NCBI GenBank assembly: GCA_038881595.1
Contig: JAVZPM010000007.1
Span: forward strand, 1-16,932
Direction: 5' to 3'
From: Candidatus Micrarchaeia archaeon
GTDB lineage: Archaea > Micrarchaeota > Micrarchaeia > CABMEP01
Length of the DNA: 16,932 nucleotides
Part shown: positions 16,701 through 16,932 of the stretch, piece after piece
Position numbering within the stretch: the stretch's first letter is position 1
Layout of the letters: every line of letters starts with the position of its first letter
Made by a program: the position numbers and the translations under genes
Notes under the pieces: model-generated
The model's database searches: none
The model's input: the letters and a program-made list of their open reading frames with translations, nothing else
Told to the model about the DNA's origin: nothing

Positions 16701-16771
16701 AAACTAACAAAAGAGAATAAAAATAGTAATAGTACTAAAATTTTACAAAGGTTATGACTTATAATGCGCAT
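13751..16771 (-). CDS. Large secreted Cys-rich repeat surface protein (adhesin-like) with C-terminal membrane anchor
   Basis: Signal peptide (about aa 1-27); two tandem ~150-aa beta-rich domains; Cys-rich region at aa 361-899 with Stig1-like NCGxCxxxC units, CGNGRC...CPQDC and C-x5-C-x4-C-x4-C modules; C-terminal CAGLIEEC cap plus about 3 hydrophobic segments. Confidence 0.85.
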   Translation of the reverse strand: MRIISHNLCKILVLLLFLFSFVSLVSSASDIFISGDFNHPAACRDVDIKYTISLYEENSKVTGTFNAYGYRCRADQFYNLFDCVWSGSGTSCNVKCREVSQEDLLSLLTTGKESISGSLTGKIENNQLIGSITIGDLGTMNIVGDIVEDSASGKLSFSSTFKSDFTCEPNVYVDGTMIGTGIRRERVVKTNVQEENMIIAGVFNTPDACRNFPIRYTLTLNKKGDNLTGNFYGEAWKCSISGDFCSKVKCRYVSSLRCEPDPIMVSESVSDSIIKKSVEIISGSVSGNIQGNNVNLVIHTQFGDLFASGSISSDQNGKLTFAGNIDSGVTCEPGVYVRGPITGEGLKNEVGLRKAKLGENCSSSVRCEEGVCANEVCVKEPTCSGNLISCGASCCLSSQTCDATTGSCIPQYCKSPLTQCGMTCVDTRSNILNCGSCGTSCPIGTACVNSACIDLNLLILPDRTNCGGVACTDDEICLDNRCIKCGVNQTRCENSCVDLNTSNVNCGSCGNVCKSNEFCSNGACKPSSSCVLNSIQYIRCGSECCDLTQWCDPITMKCTPRLPLYENITQCGPFLTDLSSDQNNCGTCFNSCKAGESCINGRCSVLETCGNGRCGENETCSNCPQDCGSCIETGCSGEYPILCGDKCVNTLNDTTNCGSCNIKCQADQICSGGNCIGVLNSNCTSDNDCAYGSCIDSTCQLSNCITDSDCRSNEYCNTNLGICDGGCTTSPDNCNEITGLPSSCDPATRNCITFFCPVGTVLFNNACLQITLDSCNKSEECKSNICYNGNCLSTDNPIQPTQTVVNVGKPAFGSSAGGKASPQLLSVQENPAASDIFYSLFQTSKTRLLAYDSCLRGSICSSSADCCGAPCLNSRCACSNSACTTTADCCSGYCENGKCSSAPTQKLSLFSALTSPNLGCAGLIEECSPDEKTCISLCNGMSLLLVLVAGSFGAFTWTRFKHPVAGLVAAFTPILIGVALYPFLGIISGIILFSLLIYKDTGSIEV
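15737..16684 (-). repeat. Intragenic tandem duplication of a ~150-aa domain
   Basis: aa 30-181 vs aa 196-345: ISGDFNHPAACR/IAGVFNTPDACR, IKYTISL/IRYTLTL, VTGTF/LTGNF, VKCR/VKCR, ISGSLTGKI/ISGSVSGNI, GKLSF/GKLTF, TCEPNVYVDG/TCEPGVYVRG. Confidence 0.9.
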
Positions 16772-16834
16772 GCTACCACTTCACTCATTTGACTTGAATA
16801 TTTAAAGAGATTTATTATCTTTCATTCAAATTGA

Positions 16835-16932
16835 CAAATAAATGGAATCCAGATAAAATACGAAGAGTACTTACAGAAAGAGTACAGCAAAGACTGGGAA
16901 GATAGAGTGGCCAACATAAACGAGCTTATAGT
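16835..16932 (+). other. Open frame without a canonical start, weakly resembling an internal UvrD/PcrA helicase segment
   Basis: After TGA at 16832-16834 the frame reads QINGIQIKYEEYLQKEYSKDWEDRVANINELI to the window edge. This resembles the 'Y.eyL......edR.eNl.EL' segment of UvrD/PcrA, but it is very short. Confidence 0.25.

Overview
AT-rich archaeal window. Evidence: an archaeal-type LeuRS, TrmY, TATA-like promoters and GGTG/GAGGT Shine-Dalgarno motifs; a DPANN, possibly Micrarchaeota-like, origin is my inference. In order it contains: the 5' end of a secreted DUF2207-like gene; an internally deleted IS5-family remnant missed by the ORF track, with a hairpin masking its SD; an orphan HExxH protein; an ABC-2 exporter operon preceded by a 59-bp relic of a second ABC ATPase; a class I-type photolyase; trmY; a small hypothetical gene; a membrane-anchored MJ1477/TM1410 (GH114-like) hydrolase on a sequon-rich stalk; a U32-family Fe-S protein; a divergent LeuRS; and a two-gene operon of secreted Cys-rich proteins. 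The best candidate for an undescribed system is that last operon. Its two proteins share a Cys-capped, multi-TM C-terminal anchor module, and the larger one carries a duplicated beta-rich N-terminal domain and several families of disulfide repeats. All calls come from reading motifs by eye; no database searches were run.
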